Shown piece after piece: positions 44,937-56,396 of a stretch of DNA of 64,000 nt. Source of the stretch: Gammaproteobacteria bacterium (GTDB lineage Bacteria > Pseudomonadota > Gammaproteobacteria > Eutrophobiales > Eutrophobiaceae); NCBI GenBank assembly GCA_947480335.1, contig CANKCB010000005.1, positions 8,018 to 72,017 on the forward strand, in the 5' to 3' direction. Made by a program: the position numbers and the translations under genes. Position 1 is the first letter of the stretch. The number at the start of each line of letters is the position of its first letter. Under the pieces are notes generated by a model. It ran no database searches. It saw only the letters and a program-made list of their open reading frames with translations, and was not told the DNA's origin.

Positions 44937-45065
44937 TTATTTCTTTTCGAAAGGCAGAAAGCCGGGTTTATTGTCCTTCTTATCCTTTTTGGCTGCACGC
45001 TTTTCCTTCAGGGACAAGGCCGGTTTTTTCTGGGTTTCGCGGGTATTGTTTCGTTCTTTTGACAT
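44937..45065 (-). CDS. Small Lys-rich protein (42 aa), below the ORF-track cutoff
   Basis: MSKERNNTRETQKKPALSLKEKRAAKKDKKDNKPGFLPFEKK with CAGGAG RBS 7 nt upstream of the ATG. Confidence 0.7.
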   Translation of the reverse strand: MSKERNNTRETQKKPALSLKEKRAAKKDKKDNKPGFLPFEKK

Positions 45066-45177
45066 GGTGGCACTCCTGCTCAGTAGGTGGGTATGGACAT
45101 CTGTATCTTGTACCTCACTCTACTCCTGCAACGTGCCGATGTATCCCTGTTTATCCTTTTACCTGTAAACTTTAACC

Positions 45178-45630
45178 ATGAATGTAAAACTCGCAAAACT
45201 GGTATTACAGACACTCGCCGTGATGCATATTATCGCCGGCCTTGCATTACCCTGGCTGGTCGACTTACCGCAGTTTGCTTTCTACAACCGGCACTTGCTC
45301 GCTGCATTCAATACCGACGTCAGTGAGGCACTGGCTATGGGAAAATTCATGGTCGGCCTGTTAGGACCCACCATTGCCAGTTGGGGAGTCTTGTTCCTGT
45401 TTGTGGTCACAGTTTCGTTCCAGACCCGATCAAAAACAGGCTGGTATATCATGCTCATCGCCATCACCGGCTGGACACTGTCTGATATGTACCTTTCGTT
45501 CGTGGCTGGCGTCTACCTGAATCTCGTTATCGATTTGATCGTTTCGGGACTGTTACTGACACCGCTGCTAAAAACCCGTCGCTGGTTTTTTCCCCATCTC
45601 GTTAACACGGAACACGGACAAGCTATTTGA
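45178..45630 (+). CDS. Hypothetical 4-TM membrane protein
   Basis: Hydrophobic ORF containing GPTIASWG; lies 12 nt upstream of the tfoX 5' fragment. Confidence 0.75.
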   Translation: MNVKLAKLVLQTLAVMHIIAGLALPWLVDLPQFAFYNRHLLAAFNTDVSEALAMGKFMVGLLGPTIASWGVLFLFVVTVSFQTRSKTGWYIMLIAITGWTLSDMYLSFVAGVYLNLVIDLIVSGLLLTPLLKTRRWFFPHLVNTEHGQAI

Positions 45631-45642
45631 GCTTATGATGGT

Positions 45643-45713
45643 ATGTCTAATGAAACACAACTACGGGATATGAAAGGACTGGGTCCAAAATCCTGTGAAA
45701 TGCTGACTGAGGC
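45643..45713 (+). pseudogene. 5' part of the split TfoX C-terminal-domain gene
   Basis: MSNETQLRDMKGLGPKSCEMLTEA matches the HhH-like L..LGPKS..ML start of TfoX_C. The frame then runs into unrelated sequence to TAA at 45774. Confidence 0.8.
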
Positions 45714-45752
45714 TTTGGAAATCTTGCGCCCCAGTTCTGCTGCCTCGAACAT
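45711..45752 (-). pseudogene. 5' stub of polyphosphate:AMP phosphotransferase (PPK2 family)
   Basis: GGGGAG RBS then MFEAAELGRKISKA, resembling the recalled MFESAE.G..I.K N-terminus of Pap proteins; truncated at the tfoX junction. Confidence 0.65.
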
Positions 45753-45974
45753 TTCAATCTCCCCTGATAGTTAATTTCCGCAATGATGGGATAACAGCGG
45801 TCTCTGGTTTCAATCTACTCCAAGGGGGCGCAGTGTAGAAGCAGTTCCGGCTTAAAATAGCGGCTTAGCGACAGAATTCTGACGATTTTATGACATGGAT
45901 CAATTGTCCCTGTCTGTATCGCTGCTGGCGGTTAAAAGCCGGGGCGTTTGCAAGAACAACATGATTGGTGGCGA

Positions 45975-47420
45975 CTAACTGGCTGCAGTACCGCCGACGG
46001 TCAGATTATCGATGCGTATCGTTGGTTGACCCACACCGACCGGCACAGATTGTCCGTCCTTGCCACACACGCCGACGCCAGTATCCAGTTGCAGATCGTT
46101 ACCGACCATCGAAACGCGAGTCAGCACGTCCGGTCCATTGCCAATCAAGGTAGCACCGCGGATCGGCGCGGTGATTTTGCCATTTTCAATTAACCAGGCC
46201 GAGCTGGCACTGAAGACAAATTTGCCATTGGTAATATCAACCTGACCACCACCAAACTGGGTGGCGTAGATACCCTTGCTAACCGAGGCGATGATTTCAT
46301 TCGGGTCCATATTACCTGCCAGCATGTATGTGTTGGTCATGCGCGGCATGGGCAGGTGCGAGTAGGATTCCCTGCGTCCATTGCCGGTCGGTGACATGCC
46401 CATCAAGCGGGCGTTGTGCTTGTCCTGAATATAGTTTTTCAGTATGCCATTTTCAATCAGCGTGGTGCAGCGGGTTGGTGTACCTTCATCGTCAATCGAC
46501 AAGGAACCACGCCGTCCCGGCAAGGTGCCGTCATCGACAACAGTCACATGTTCGGTAGCAATACGTTCGCCGATGCGTCCTGAGAAAGCCGAGGTACCCT
46601 TGCGATTAAAATCACCTTCAAGCCCGTGGCCTATGGCTTCATGTAGCAAGATGCCTGGCCAACCTGGTCCGAGTACTACCGTGGTAGAACCTGCCGGCGC
46701 TGCAATCGCATCCAGATTGGTGACAGCCTGGGTGACTGCTTCATCGACAAAGTCGGACAGCAATTCATCGTTCATAAAATGATCATAACCGTAACGACCG
46801 CCGCCACCGGCGCTGCCACGTTCACGCTTGCCGTTTTGTTCAACCAGTACACTGATATTAAGCCGCACCAGCGGTCTGACATCGGCCGCATAGGTACCAT
46901 CTATACCGGCAATCAGTACCGTGGTGAATTCTCCCGACAAGGAAACATTGACCTGCTGCACGCGAGGATCTTTTTTACGTGCCATTGCATCCATTTTTTT
47001 CAGCAAGGCTACTTTCTGTTCTGAGGTAATCGAATCGATCGGGTCTACTGGTTGGTACAGCGCCACCGGGTTTTGTTGTTTCCAGGACTGCACACTGCCG
47101 GACTGACCACCACCGGCAATCGCACGTGCCGCCATGGCCGCGCTCGTCAATGCAGGCAGGATAATTTCGTCCGAGTAGGCAAAACCGGTTTTCTCACCAC
47201 TGATCGCACGTACACCCACACCCTGTTCAATATTGTGTGAGGCTTCCTTGATGATGCCTTCTTCAAGAGACCATGCCTCGGAGCGGGTAGATTCAAAATA
47301 CAGATCGGCCTGATCAATACTGCGTATCGATAATTGATCCAGTGTTTTTTGTAAGTCCGTGATCTCAAGGCCTACCGGGGTCAACAGATGTTGCTGTGCT
47401 ATTTGCAGATACTGATTCAT
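45975..47420 (-). CDS. tldD: Metalloprotease TldD
   Basis: [23 protein letters not shown] and [15 protein letters not shown] motifs. Confidence 0.97.
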   Translation of the reverse strand: MNQYLQIAQQHLLTPVGLEITDLQKTLDQLSIRSIDQADLYFESTRSEAWSLEEGIIKEASHNIEQGVGVRAISGEKTGFAYSDEIILPALTSAAMAARAIAGGGQSGSVQSWKQQNPVALYQPVDPIDSITSEQKVALLKKMDAMARKKDPRVQQVNVSLSGEFTTVLIAGIDGTYAADVRPLVRLNISVLVEQNGKRERGSAGGGGRYGYDHFMNDELLSDFVDEAVTQAVTNLDAIAAPAGSTTVVLGPGWPGILLHEAIGHGLEGDFNRKGTSAFSGRIGERIATEHVTVVDDGTLPGRRGSLSIDDEGTPTRCTTLIENGILKNYIQDKHNARLMGMSPTGNGRRESYSHLPMPRMTNTYMLAGNMDPNEIIASVSKGIYATQFGGGQVDITNGKFVFSASSAWLIENGKITAPIRGATLIGNGPDVLTRVSMVGNDLQLDTGVGVCGKDGQSVPVGVGQPTIRIDNLTVGGTAAS

Positions 47421-47427
47421 AGAGTCT

Positions 47428-48240
47428 CTATAGTTTCCTGTGTTGTAGTGCCGGAAATGAATTTCGTAAAGCAGTCAGTTTTTCCAGATCCAGATCCGCG
47501 CAGGCAACCCCTGCGCCCTGTTCCACACTGGCCAGAACTTCACCCCAGGGATCAATGATCATGCTGTGGCCCCAGGTTTTGCGTTTGGCCGTATTTTGTC
47601 CACCCTGGTTCGATGCTATCACATAACAGAGGTTTTCAACTGCCCGGGCGCGGAGCAATAGTTCCCAGTGTCGTTGCCCTGTTGTCCAGGTAAAGGCCGA
47701 AGGCACAGTTATGATCGAAATACCCTGGTCCAGCATTTGACGATACAGCTCCGGGAATCGCAAATCATAACAGATCGACATGCCTATCTGTGCAAACGGT
47801 GTACTGGCCACAACCACCTTGTTACCCGGTGCAATGGTGGTTGATTCCTTGTAGGCTTCCTTGCCAGACGAATCTACCAACACATCAAACAGGTGAATCT
47901 TTTCATAACGGGCCACAACCTGACCATCCGGATTATAGAGCAAACTGCTGTTAAACACGCGAGTGGGGTCCCCACTGTCGAGTGGAATACTGCCCGCCAT
48001 CAACCAGAGTTTGTGTTGACTGGCCGCGGTGGCCAGCATGTGCTGAATTGGACCGTTACCAAACGTTTCCTTGCAGGCGAACTTGTCCCGTTCATTGTCA
48101 CTGATCAGCGGAAAATACTCTGGTAATACGGCCAGCGTCGCACCTTCACTTGCCGCCTGATGAATCAGGCGCGTGGCCGTTGCCAGATTTTCTGCCAGAT
48201 CCGGACCTGAAACCATCTGAATTGTTGCTACACGCGTCAT
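47428..48240 (-). CDS. Carbon-nitrogen hydrolase (Nit1-like)
   Basis: Catalytic triad motifs LPEYF, KIHLFD and ICYDLRFPE; upstream of tldD. Confidence 0.92.
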   Translation of the reverse strand: MTRVATIQMVSGPDLAENLATATRLIHQAASEGATLAVLPEYFPLISDNERDKFACKETFGNGPIQHMLATAASQHKLWLMAGSIPLDSGDPTRVFNSSLLYNPDGQVVARYEKIHLFDVLVDSSGKEAYKESTTIAPGNKVVVASTPFAQIGMSICYDLRFPELYRQMLDQGISIITVPSAFTWTTGQRHWELLLRARAVENLCYVIASNQGGQNTAKRKTWGHSMIIDPWGEVLASVEQGAGVACADLDLEKLTALRNSFPALQHRKL

Positions 48241-48349
48241 TTTGCCAGTATACGGTAAAGCCCGTATCCGTAGCACTGCCACTGTCCAGTTTGGCCATAT
48301 TCCCTTATACTTCTTTCATTTTTGCGACTGACATTAATATACGGACACT

Positions 48350-49528
48350 ATGAACGAAGATTTCCCAAGAATTTCGCGGTTACCGCCCTATGTATTCAGT
48401 ATCGTCAACGATCTGAAAATGCAGGAACGTCATCGTGGTGAGGACATAATTGATTTCGGGATGGGTAATCCCGACCAGCCGGCACCGAAACATGTGGTGG
48501 CCAAACTGATTGAAGCCTCACAGCGCGACGATGTACACCGTTATTCGGTCTCGCGTGGCATACCTCGCCTGCGCCGTGCGATCTGTAACTGGTACAAGTC
48601 AAAATACAATGTGGATCTGGATCCGGAAACCGAGGCAATTGTGACACTGGGATCAAAGGAAGGGCTTGCCCATCTAGCTATGGCGATTGTGGATCGTGGC
48701 GATGCGGTACTGGTACCCAATCCGTCCTATCCGATCCATCCTTATGGATTCATCCTCGCCGGCGCAGATGTGCGTCATGTACCCATCGGCCCGGGTGTTG
48801 ATTTCTTTGCTGAACTGGAAAGTGCTGTGAAAAACAGTTGGCCCAAACCTAAACTGTTATTGCTGAATTTTCCCAGTAACCCGACCACGCAATGTGTGGA
48901 TCTGGCCTTCTTTGAAAAAGTGATCGAGTTTGCCCGCGAACACCAGATCTGGATCGTACAGGATCTGGCTTATGCCGAAATTGTGTTTGATGGGTATGTC
49001 GCACCCTCGATTCTGCAGGTGCCTGGTGCGAAAGAAGTGGCTGTTGAATTCTATACACTGTCGAAGACCTACAATATGCCAGGCTGGCGAGTCGGCTTCA
49101 TGGTCGGCAATCCGGTGCTGGTAAAAGCACTGGCAAAATTAAAGTCGTATCTTGATTACGGTATGTTCACCCCGATACAGGTGGCTTCCATCCTTGCGCT
49201 GGAAGGACCTCAGGATTGTGTGGAGGAAATTCGCATGACCTATCAGAACCGACGTGATGTGTTGTGCGAAGGCTTAAATGCGGCCGGCTGGAAAGTGGAG
49301 AAGCCTCAGGGAACCATGTTTGTGTGGGCACCAATACCGGAGCCGTTTGTTGGCATGGGTTCGCTGGAGTTTTCCAAGCAGATGCTGTTGCAGGCAAAGG
49401 TCGCTGTTTCACCCGGAATTGGTTTTGGTGAGTACGGTGACAAGCATGTACGTTTTGGTCTGATTGAAAATGAACACCGCACCCGTCAGGCGGTGCGTGG
49501 CATACGGGCGATGATGAAGAAATCGTAA
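48350..49528 (+). CDS. alaC: Alanine transaminase AlaC
   Basis: RLPPYVF, GMGNPD, DLAY and [12 protein letters not shown]; upstream of hom. Confidence 0.92.
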   Translation: MNEDFPRISRLPPYVFSIVNDLKMQERHRGEDIIDFGMGNPDQPAPKHVVAKLIEASQRDDVHRYSVSRGIPRLRRAICNWYKSKYNVDLDPETEAIVTLGSKEGLAHLAMAIVDRGDAVLVPNPSYPIHPYGFILAGADVRHVPIGPGVDFFAELESAVKNSWPKPKLLLLNFPSNPTTQCVDLAFFEKVIEFAREHQIWIVQDLAYAEIVFDGYVAPSILQVPGAKEVAVEFYTLSKTYNMPGWRVGFMVGNPVLVKALAKLKSYLDYGMFTPIQVASILALEGPQDCVEEIRMTYQNRRDVLCEGLNAAGWKVEKPQGTMFVWAPIPEPFVGMGSLEFSKQMLLQAKVAVSPGIGFGEYGDKHVRFGLIENEHRTRQAVRGIRAMMKKS

Positions 49529-49695
49529 GGTGTGAAGTGACAGGTGTGAGGAGTTTGACCACGTCATTCCAGTAACAGCAAGTATCCAGTTGAATTAAAC
49601 TCGCTGATAGCAAGCCTTGATGTCATCTGACAGGTGATTTTACTTTACTGGCTTCCTGCTTTTGCAGGAGTGACGAATAAGGAGCAATAATAAAG

Positions 49696-51006
49696 ATGAA
49701 ACCAGTAAAAATCGGATTATTAGGTCTGGGTACCGTCGGTGGTGGCACAGTCAGTGTCTTGACACGCAATGCCGAAGAAATTGCCCGTCGTGCAGGTCGT
49801 GGCATTATCATCAGTCATGCGGCGGCCAAAGATTACAATCGTGGACTGAAAGGGCTCGACCAGATTGCCCGGATTACAGATGATGCCTACGGTGTAGTAA
49901 ATGATCCGGAAGTGGAAATCGTCGTTGAGCTGATTGGTGGTTACAAGCCGGCATTGGATCTGGTCATGACCGCGATTGCCAATGGCAAGCATGTGGTCAC
50001 CGCCAACAAGGCGTTGATTGCCACCCATGGAAATGAAATTTTTGCAGCGGCACAAAAGCAGGGCGTGACGGTGGCATTTGAGGCGGCGGTAGCCGGTGGC
50101 ATACCGATTATCAAGGCCTTGCGTGAAGGTTTGGCGGCAAATCAGATCGAATGGGCTGCCGGTATCATCAATGGTACCAGTAACTTTATTCTGACCGAGA
50201 TGAAGGATAAGGGTCGGGATTTCGATGATGTGCTCAAGGAAGCACAGGCACGTGGCTATGCTGAGGCCGATCCGACGTTTGATATTGAAGGCGTTGATGC
50301 GGCACACAAGCTGACTATTCTGGCCTCAATTGCGTTTGGTATACCTTTGCAGTTTGACAAGGTATACAAGGAAGGCATCACCGCGATTGAGCGACAGGAT
50401 GTGTCCTATGCAGCCGAGCTCGGCTACAACATCAAATTGCTGGGCATCACCCGCAAGACCGCCAACGGAATTGAATTACGTGTGCATCCTACATTGATCC
50501 CGGAACACCGCTTGATTGCGAATGTGGATGGTGTGATGAATGCAGTACTGGTCAAGGGCGATGCGGTCGGACCGACACTCTATTATGGAGCGGGCGCGGG
50601 TGCTGAACCCACCGCATCTGCTGTGATTGCCGATATCATCGATGTGGTACGTGCTTTAACCACCGATCCGGGCAACCGTGTTCCTCATCTGGCGTTTCAG
50701 CCCAAGTCGATGTCAAACATTGCCATTCTGCCGATGGACGAAGTGCAGACCGGGTACTATCTGCGGGTACATGCGGTAGACAAGCCGGGCGTATTGTCGG
50801 ATGTGACAACCATACTGGGTGATCTCGGTATCAGTATCGAAGCGATTATCCAGAAACAGCCGGACGAAGATGCAACACTGGTCCCCGTTATCTTGTTGAC
50901 ACAGAAAGTGACAGAAAAAAACATGAACGAGGCCATACGCAAGATTGAGGCGCTCGATTCAGTCAGTGGCAAAGTGCGACGGATACGGGTTGAAACATTG
51001 GCGTGA
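49696..51006 (+). CDS. hom: Homoserine dehydrogenase
   Basis: GLGTVG, TANKA, EAAVAGGIP and YAEADP, with a C-terminal ACT domain. Confidence 0.96.
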   Translation: MKPVKIGLLGLGTVGGGTVSVLTRNAEEIARRAGRGIIISHAAAKDYNRGLKGLDQIARITDDAYGVVNDPEVEIVVELIGGYKPALDLVMTAIANGKHVVTANKALIATHGNEIFAAAQKQGVTVAFEAAVAGGIPIIKALREGLAANQIEWAAGIINGTSNFILTEMKDKGRDFDDVLKEAQARGYAEADPTFDIEGVDAAHKLTILASIAFGIPLQFDKVYKEGITAIERQDVSYAAELGYNIKLLGITRKTANGIELRVHPTLIPEHRLIANVDGVMNAVLVKGDAVGPTLYYGAGAGAEPTASAVIADIIDVVRALTTDPGNRVPHLAFQPKSMSNIAILPMDEVQTGYYLRVHAVDKPGVLSDVTTILGDLGISIEAIIQKQPDEDATLVPVILLTQKVTEKNMNEAIRKIEALDSVSGKVRRIRVETLA

Positions 51007-51012
51007 TTTTAA

Positions 51013-51086
51013 GGAGTGAGGGGTGAGGCGTGAGGGGTGGAAGTAGATGTGAAGAGTGAGGAGTGAGGAGTGAGGGGTGAGGAGTA
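51013..51086 (+). repeat. Heptamer tandem repeat (GTGAGGN)n
   Basis: GGAGTGAGGGGTGAGGCGTGAGGGG...GAGTGAGGAGTGAGGAGTGAGGGGTGAGGAGTA directly after the hom stop. Confidence 0.9.
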
Positions 51087-51134
51087 AAATTCGTCATGAC
51101 CGCAATTTAACAAAGAGCAACTGGCGACAAGATA

Positions 51135-52259
51135 ATGACTACACATTATAAAGGATTGATAGACCGGTACCGCAGCCGCTTGCCGGTGAAAAATGACACG
51201 CGCGTCATCACATTGCACGAAGGCAATACGCCGCTGATACCGTTGGAAAATATTCCCTCAATCCTGCGCAAGGACGTAAAAATCCTTGTGAAGTTTGAAG
51301 GGTTGAACCCGACAGGGTCTTTCAAGGATCGTGGTATGACCATGGCGGTAACGCAGGCGGTTTCGGAAGGATCAAAGGCCATCATCTGTGCGTCGACAGG
51401 TAATACGTCGGCGGCAGCCGCTGCCTATGCCAGCCGTGCCGGCATCCGTTGTTTCGTGCTGATACCTGATGGCAAGATTGCCCAGGGTAAACTGGCTCAA
51501 GCGATGATCAAGGGATCAGTGGTCATCCAGATACTGGGAAATTTTGATGATGGCATGCGACTGGTGAAGGAAGTCGGTGATTCGGCGCCGGTTACGATAG
51601 TCAACTCAATCAATCCTTACCGGATTCATGGACAGAAGACGATTGCATTCGAGATTATCGATGCACTTGGTCGCGCACCCGACTATCACTGTTTGCCGGT
51701 AGGTAATGCCGGCAATATTACCGCGCACTGGCTGGGATATTGTGAGTATGCAGGTATCGCCGCGTATGCAGACAGTTTCCAGACAGAGCAGGGGCCGTAC
51801 AACAAGGACAAGGTGACCACTAAAACCCCTATCATGTGTGGTTATCAGGCCAGTGGTTCAGCGCCGTTCCTGCGAGGGCATCCGATTGATAATCCTGAAA
51901 CGGTGGCCACAGCCATACGTATCGGCAATCCCCAATCCTGGGATCAAGCCTGGACTGCCAGCCGTGATTCAAAAGGCTGGTTTGATGAATTCACTGATGC
52001 CGAAATTCTGGCGACTCAGAAACTGCTGGCCGAGAAAGAAGGAATCTTCTGTGAACCGGCTTCTGCCATTTCAGTGGCTGGTGCGATGAAAGACATCCGC
52101 TCCGGCAAAATTCCGGAAGGCAGTACCGTCGTGTGTACGCTGACCGGGCACGGTTTGAAAGATCCGGACACGGCCATCAAGCAAAGCAGCTCACCGGTCA
52201 TCCGCGTTGAAGCAAATCTCGCGCAGGTGCAGAAGGCGATATTGGATAATCTCAAGTGA
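51135..52259 (+). CDS. thrC: Threonine synthase
   Basis: NPTGSFKDRG, ASTGNT, PVGNAGN and LTGHGLKDP motifs. Confidence 0.96.
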   Translation: MTTHYKGLIDRYRSRLPVKNDTRVITLHEGNTPLIPLENIPSILRKDVKILVKFEGLNPTGSFKDRGMTMAVTQAVSEGSKAIICASTGNTSAAAAAYASRAGIRCFVLIPDGKIAQGKLAQAMIKGSVVIQILGNFDDGMRLVKEVGDSAPVTIVNSINPYRIHGQKTIAFEIIDALGRAPDYHCLPVGNAGNITAHWLGYCEYAGIAAYADSFQTEQGPYNKDKVTTKTPIMCGYQASGSAPFLRGHPIDNPETVATAIRIGNPQSWDQAWTASRDSKGWFDEFTDAEILATQKLLAEKEGIFCEPASAISVAGAMKDIRSGKIPEGSTVVCTLTGHGLKDPDTAIKQSSSPVIRVEANLAQVQKAILDNLK

Positions 52260-52405
52260 GCAGTGAGGGGTGAGCAGTAGTATTACTGGATTAATAGGAC
52301 GAAAATGCAAAAATCATGAAATTATTTTTAGATTCAAATACTGGTATTGTTCGAATCAGTACATGAGCGTTATCACAGTTTACCCCTCACTCTTCACGCC
52401 TCGCG
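52256..52405. repeat. Inverted heptamer tracts around an AT-rich spacer
   Basis: GTGAGCAGTGAGGGGTGAGCAG (52256-52277) and TTACCCCTCACTCTTCACGCCTCGC (about 52380-52404). Confidence 0.65.
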
Positions 52406-52418
52406 CTTAGTTCACTCC

Positions 52419-53444
52419 ATGCGCAATCTGACCCTGTTCATCCCCGGATTACTCGGGCCCGACACCTATTACTCAGACGATTTTTCCCCGAAGCTGGACG
52501 CAATCGAATCGCTGCTGGCACGTTCGAATCACACACAGCTGAATACACTTTCAATATTTCGGGCGTTGACAGATTTGTCACCTATCCCAGTTGATCCGTT
52601 ACAGGACGTTCCAGTTGCCGCTATTACCCGTCTGTTGGACGATAATGAACGGCCCCAGGGTGTGTGGATGCGTGCCGACCCGGTGCATCTGCGTCCTGAT
52701 CGTGACGGATTGATTCTGATGGATTCATTTATTCTGGGTCTCTCCCAGCATGATGCGCTGGCCATTGCGACCGAAGTAAACAAAGTGTTGTCGCATTATG
52801 GCTGGGTACTCGAAGTACCCTACGAGGATCGCTGGTATATCCGGATGGACAAGGCACCGGAACTGACTACCACAGAACTGCCCGCCATGATCAGCAAGGA
52901 CATCCGTCACCACTTGCCTCAAGGTAAGGATGCCGCGCTGTTTCATAATTTGCTTAATGAAATCCAGATGCAGTTGTTCGACTGTGATGTAAACCAGTTG
53001 CGAGAGAGCAAGGGTGAGTTGCCGGTAAACAGTGTGTGGTTCTGGGGACTGGGTAGCCTGCCCGAACATGTGCGTTGGGACTGGTCTGTGGTGTACAGTG
53101 ATGATGCTTTTGTACGTGGAATGGCCGCCCTGGCCGGCACGCCATGCCATGCTGTACCACCTGATTTTGACACCGTCTTTGCCAATACCCATGAGCAGGA
53201 AAACGTGCTGGTGGTATTGCAGCACTGTCAGGCCCCTGCGCAATACCAGAATATGATGTTATGGCATCAGGCGTTGGAGTTGCTGGAAAATGGCTGGTTT
53301 AAATCAATCCAGGAACATTTGCGCTGGCAGAAGTTACACAATGTGCATATCGTCACCGAAGGGCACCGGTTTAGCACCAGTTGGCTGGGCAAGAAACGGT
53401 TCTGGCGCAAACTCCAGTCTCCAGGCCATTACCGCAATACATGA
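52419..53444 (+). CDS. Conserved protein upstream of recJ (cofactor-independent phosphoglycerate mutase-like)
   Basis: RADPVHL, LLNEIQM, VN..RE..G..PVNSVWFWG; ATGA overlap with recJ. Confidence 0.75.
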   Translation: MRNLTLFIPGLLGPDTYYSDDFSPKLDAIESLLARSNHTQLNTLSIFRALTDLSPIPVDPLQDVPVAAITRLLDDNERPQGVWMRADPVHLRPDRDGLILMDSFILGLSQHDALAIATEVNKVLSHYGWVLEVPYEDRWYIRMDKAPELTTTELPAMISKDIRHHLPQGKDAALFHNLLNEIQMQLFDCDVNQLRESKGELPVNSVWFWGLGSLPEHVRWDWSVVYSDDAFVRGMAALAGTPCHAVPPDFDTVFANTHEQENVLVVLQHCQAPAQYQNMMLWHQALELLENGWFKSIQEHLRWQKLHNVHIVTEGHRFSTSWLGKKRFWRKLQSPGHYRNT

Positions 53445-55183
53445 ACGGCACAGGCAGGATCATCCGTCGGCGTTCCGGCAGTTCCGATATCATCTGGCCA
53501 GACCAGATGCATCCGGTTTTACGCCGTGTCTTTGGAGCAAGAAGTGTGGCAACCGCCAACGAGCTCGAATATGGACTGGGTCGATTGCACGGTTTTGACA
53601 GTCTGGAAAATATTTACAGCACCGCCGCCTTACTGGCAGACAGAATCGAGCAGCAAAAATATATACTTATCGTATCCGATTACGATGCCGATGGCGCCAC
53701 AGCCTGTGCGCTTGCCATACGCGGGTTGATCAGTATGGGTGCGGGACGAGTCGAGTATCTGGTTCCGGATCGTTTCAAGCATGGTTACGGACTGAGTCCA
53801 GCCGTGGTCGAGATGGCGATGGATCTGGGACCGGATGTGATTATCACGGTCGACAACGGCATTTCCAGTATAGAAGGAGTGGCGCTGGCACGTTCCAACG
53901 GAGTGGAAGTGATCATCACCGATCACCATCTGCCCGGTAAACGTTTGCCGGATGCCAATGCCATTGTGAATCCAAATCTTCCCGGTGACCGTTTCCCCAG
54001 CAAATGTATTGCTGGAGTAGGCGTAATGTTTTATGTGCTGGCTGCACTGCGTGCTGAATTGAAAAAACGGGACTGGTTTGCCCGGCGCAATCTGGCGGAA
54101 CCCAATCTGGCCGCGATGATGGATCTGGTTGCACTCGGTACCGTTGCTGACGTGGTAGCGCTGGATCATAACAACCGGATCATGGTCGCACACGGTTTGT
54201 CACTGATACGCAGTGGTCGTTGTATACCCGGTATACGGGCCTTGTTTGAAGTAGCGGGCAAGGAACTGAAAAATGTCTGCGCGACCGATATCGGTTTTGC
54301 CGCCGGGCCGAGATTGAACTCGGCAGGCAGACTGACTGATATGAGCCTGGGAATAGAGTGCCTGATCAGTAATGATTTCGAGGCCAGTTACAGTATGGCA
54401 AAGCAACTGGATACGCTGAACAAACAGCGTCGCGAAATCCAGGATGACATGCAGCAGCAGGCCTTGCAGGAAGTCAACCGTATGCATATTGCAATCGACC
54501 GTGACTTGCCGTCCGGCGTCTGTTTGTACAAGGCAAACTGGCATCAGGGTGTAATCGGGATACTGGCCTCCAAAATCAAGGACAGGTTGCAACGTCCGGT
54601 CATTGCGTTTGCACGCGATGAAGAAGGCTTGTTCAAGGGATCTGCACGATCGATTCCCGGTATACACATACGCGATGTGATCGATCGTATCGCCACGGAA
54701 CAGCCGGATTGGATAATAACCTTTGGCGGTCATGCGATGGCTGCCGGTTTGACGATACCCGAACAAGCTTATGGTGGATTTTCGCGCATGTTCGATCTGC
54801 TGGTAGCCGAGCTGATGCGTATCAATGGCTTTGATTCCGATATCTATTCAGACGGTGAGCTCAGTATGGAAGAGTTTACCCTTGAAGTGGCCGAACTGCT
54901 GCGCGATGCTGGTCCCTGGGGACAGGGTTTTCCTGAACCGGTATTCGATGGACGATTTGAAGTGGTGGACAAACGGATCGTGGGAGAAAACCATCTGAAA
55001 TTGAAAGTCCGTGCCGCCGGCGGCAAGCGTGAGATCGATGCGATCGCGTTTAATACAACCAACCGTTCCTGGCCTAAAGGGACAACGTTTATTCATGCCG
55101 CTTATCGACTCGACATCAACGAGTATATGGGCAGACGTACACCACAACTGATCGTTGAATATCTGGAGCCGGTGGTAATGTAA
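53441..55183 (+). CDS. recJ: Single-stranded-DNA exonuclease RecJ
   Basis: DYDADG, TVDNG, TDHH, GTVADV and GGHAMAAG motifs. Confidence 0.97.
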   Translation: MNGTGRIIRRRSGSSDIIWPDQMHPVLRRVFGARSVATANELEYGLGRLHGFDSLENIYSTAALLADRIEQQKYILIVSDYDADGATACALAIRGLISMGAGRVEYLVPDRFKHGYGLSPAVVEMAMDLGPDVIITVDNGISSIEGVALARSNGVEVIITDHHLPGKRLPDANAIVNPNLPGDRFPSKCIAGVGVMFYVLAALRAELKKRDWFARRNLAEPNLAAMMDLVALGTVADVVALDHNNRIMVAHGLSLIRSGRCIPGIRALFEVAGKELKNVCATDIGFAAGPRLNSAGRLTDMSLGIECLISNDFEASYSMAKQLDTLNKQRREIQDDMQQQALQEVNRMHIAIDRDLPSGVCLYKANWHQGVIGILASKIKDRLQRPVIAFARDEEGLFKGSARSIPGIHIRDVIDRIATEQPDWIITFGGHAMAAGLTIPEQAYGGFSRMFDLLVAELMRINGFDSDIYSDGELSMEEFTLEVAELLRDAGPWGQGFPEPVFDGRFEVVDKRIVGENHLKLKVRAAGGKREIDAIAFNTTNRSWPKGTTFIHAAYRLDINEYMGRRTPQLIVEYLEPVVM

Positions 55184-55295
55184 GGGCACAGCATGCTATG
55201 CCCCTACAATACCTACAGTCGTCATTATATTTCTGTATCGCCCTCCCGCCCTGTAGTAGAATTCGCCGCAACCTATTTGTTACTGGAATCAACTC

Positions 55296-56394
55296 ATGCT
55301 GGAAATTACCTCTGTCATTGCGCATATAAAGGATATCAAGGGAAGGACTGAAGCCCTGAGGAGGTATCTTTGAATACGATCTCAAATCGGAACGACTGGT
55401 AGAAGTCACTCGCGAACTGGAATTACCCAACGTCTGGGATGAACCGGAACGGGCACAGGCACTGGGCAAGGAAAGGGCCACGCTGGAAAAAATCGTCAAA
55501 ACCCTCACCGACCTGAACGCCGGTATCGAGGATGCCGAACAGCTGCTGGCAATGGCCAAAGAAGAAAACGATGCGGAAACGGTCGCTGGTGTCGATCGCG
55601 ATCTGGATCAACTGCAAAAGCATCTCGAAGATCTGGAATTTCGCCGCATGTTTTCCGGCGAGATGGACCCGAACAGCGCCTTTCTGGATATTCAGTCCGG
55701 CTCCGGTGGCACTGAAGCTCAGGATTGGGCGGAAATGTTGCTCCGCATGTACACCCGTTGGGGTGAAGCGCACGGCTTTGGCATCGAATTGGTCGAAGTC
55801 TCTCCGGGTGAGGTTGCCGGTATCAAGAGTGCGACCATCAAATATAACGGTGAGTATGCCTATGGCTGGCTGCGGACCGAAACCGGAGTGCATCGACTGG
55901 TGCGTAAATCCCCGTTTGATTCCGGTAATCGTCGTCATACCTCGTTTGCTTCAGTATTTGTGTCTCCGGAAATTGATGACGATATCAATATCGATATCAA
56001 TCCGGCCGACCTGCGTATTGATACCTATCGTGCCAGCGGTGCCGGTGGTCAGCACGTGAACAAAACCGATTCCGCCATCCGTATTACACATATCCCGAGC
56101 GGGATTGTGGTGCAATGTCAGTCGGATCGATCCCAACACAAGAATCGCGACAGCGCCCACAAGCAGTTACGTGCGAAGCTATATGAAATGGAAATGCAAA
56201 AGCGTATGGTCGCGCAGCAAAAACTGGAGGATACCAAGTCTGATATAGGCTGGGGTAGCCAGATCCGCTCGTATGTGCTCGACCAGTCGCGTATCAAGGA
56301 TTTACGCACCGGTATTGAAAACACCAATACCCAGTCGGTGCTGGACGGTAATCTCGACAAGTTTATGGAAGCGAGTTTGAAGGCGGGGTTATAG
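55296..56394 (+). CDS. prfB: Peptide chain release factor 2 with programmed +1 frameshift
   Basis: ATG 55296 gives MLEIT...LRRYL, then AGGAGG-TAT-CTT-TGA at 55359-55373. The +1 frame continues EYDLKSERL... with SPF and GGQ motifs. Confidence 0.96.
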
Positions 56395-56396
56395 AG

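Noticed and set aside
55532..56394. prfB as a truncated gene or pseudogene (ORF track starts at 55552)
   Set aside because: Explained by the known programmed +1 frameshift at CTT-TGA.
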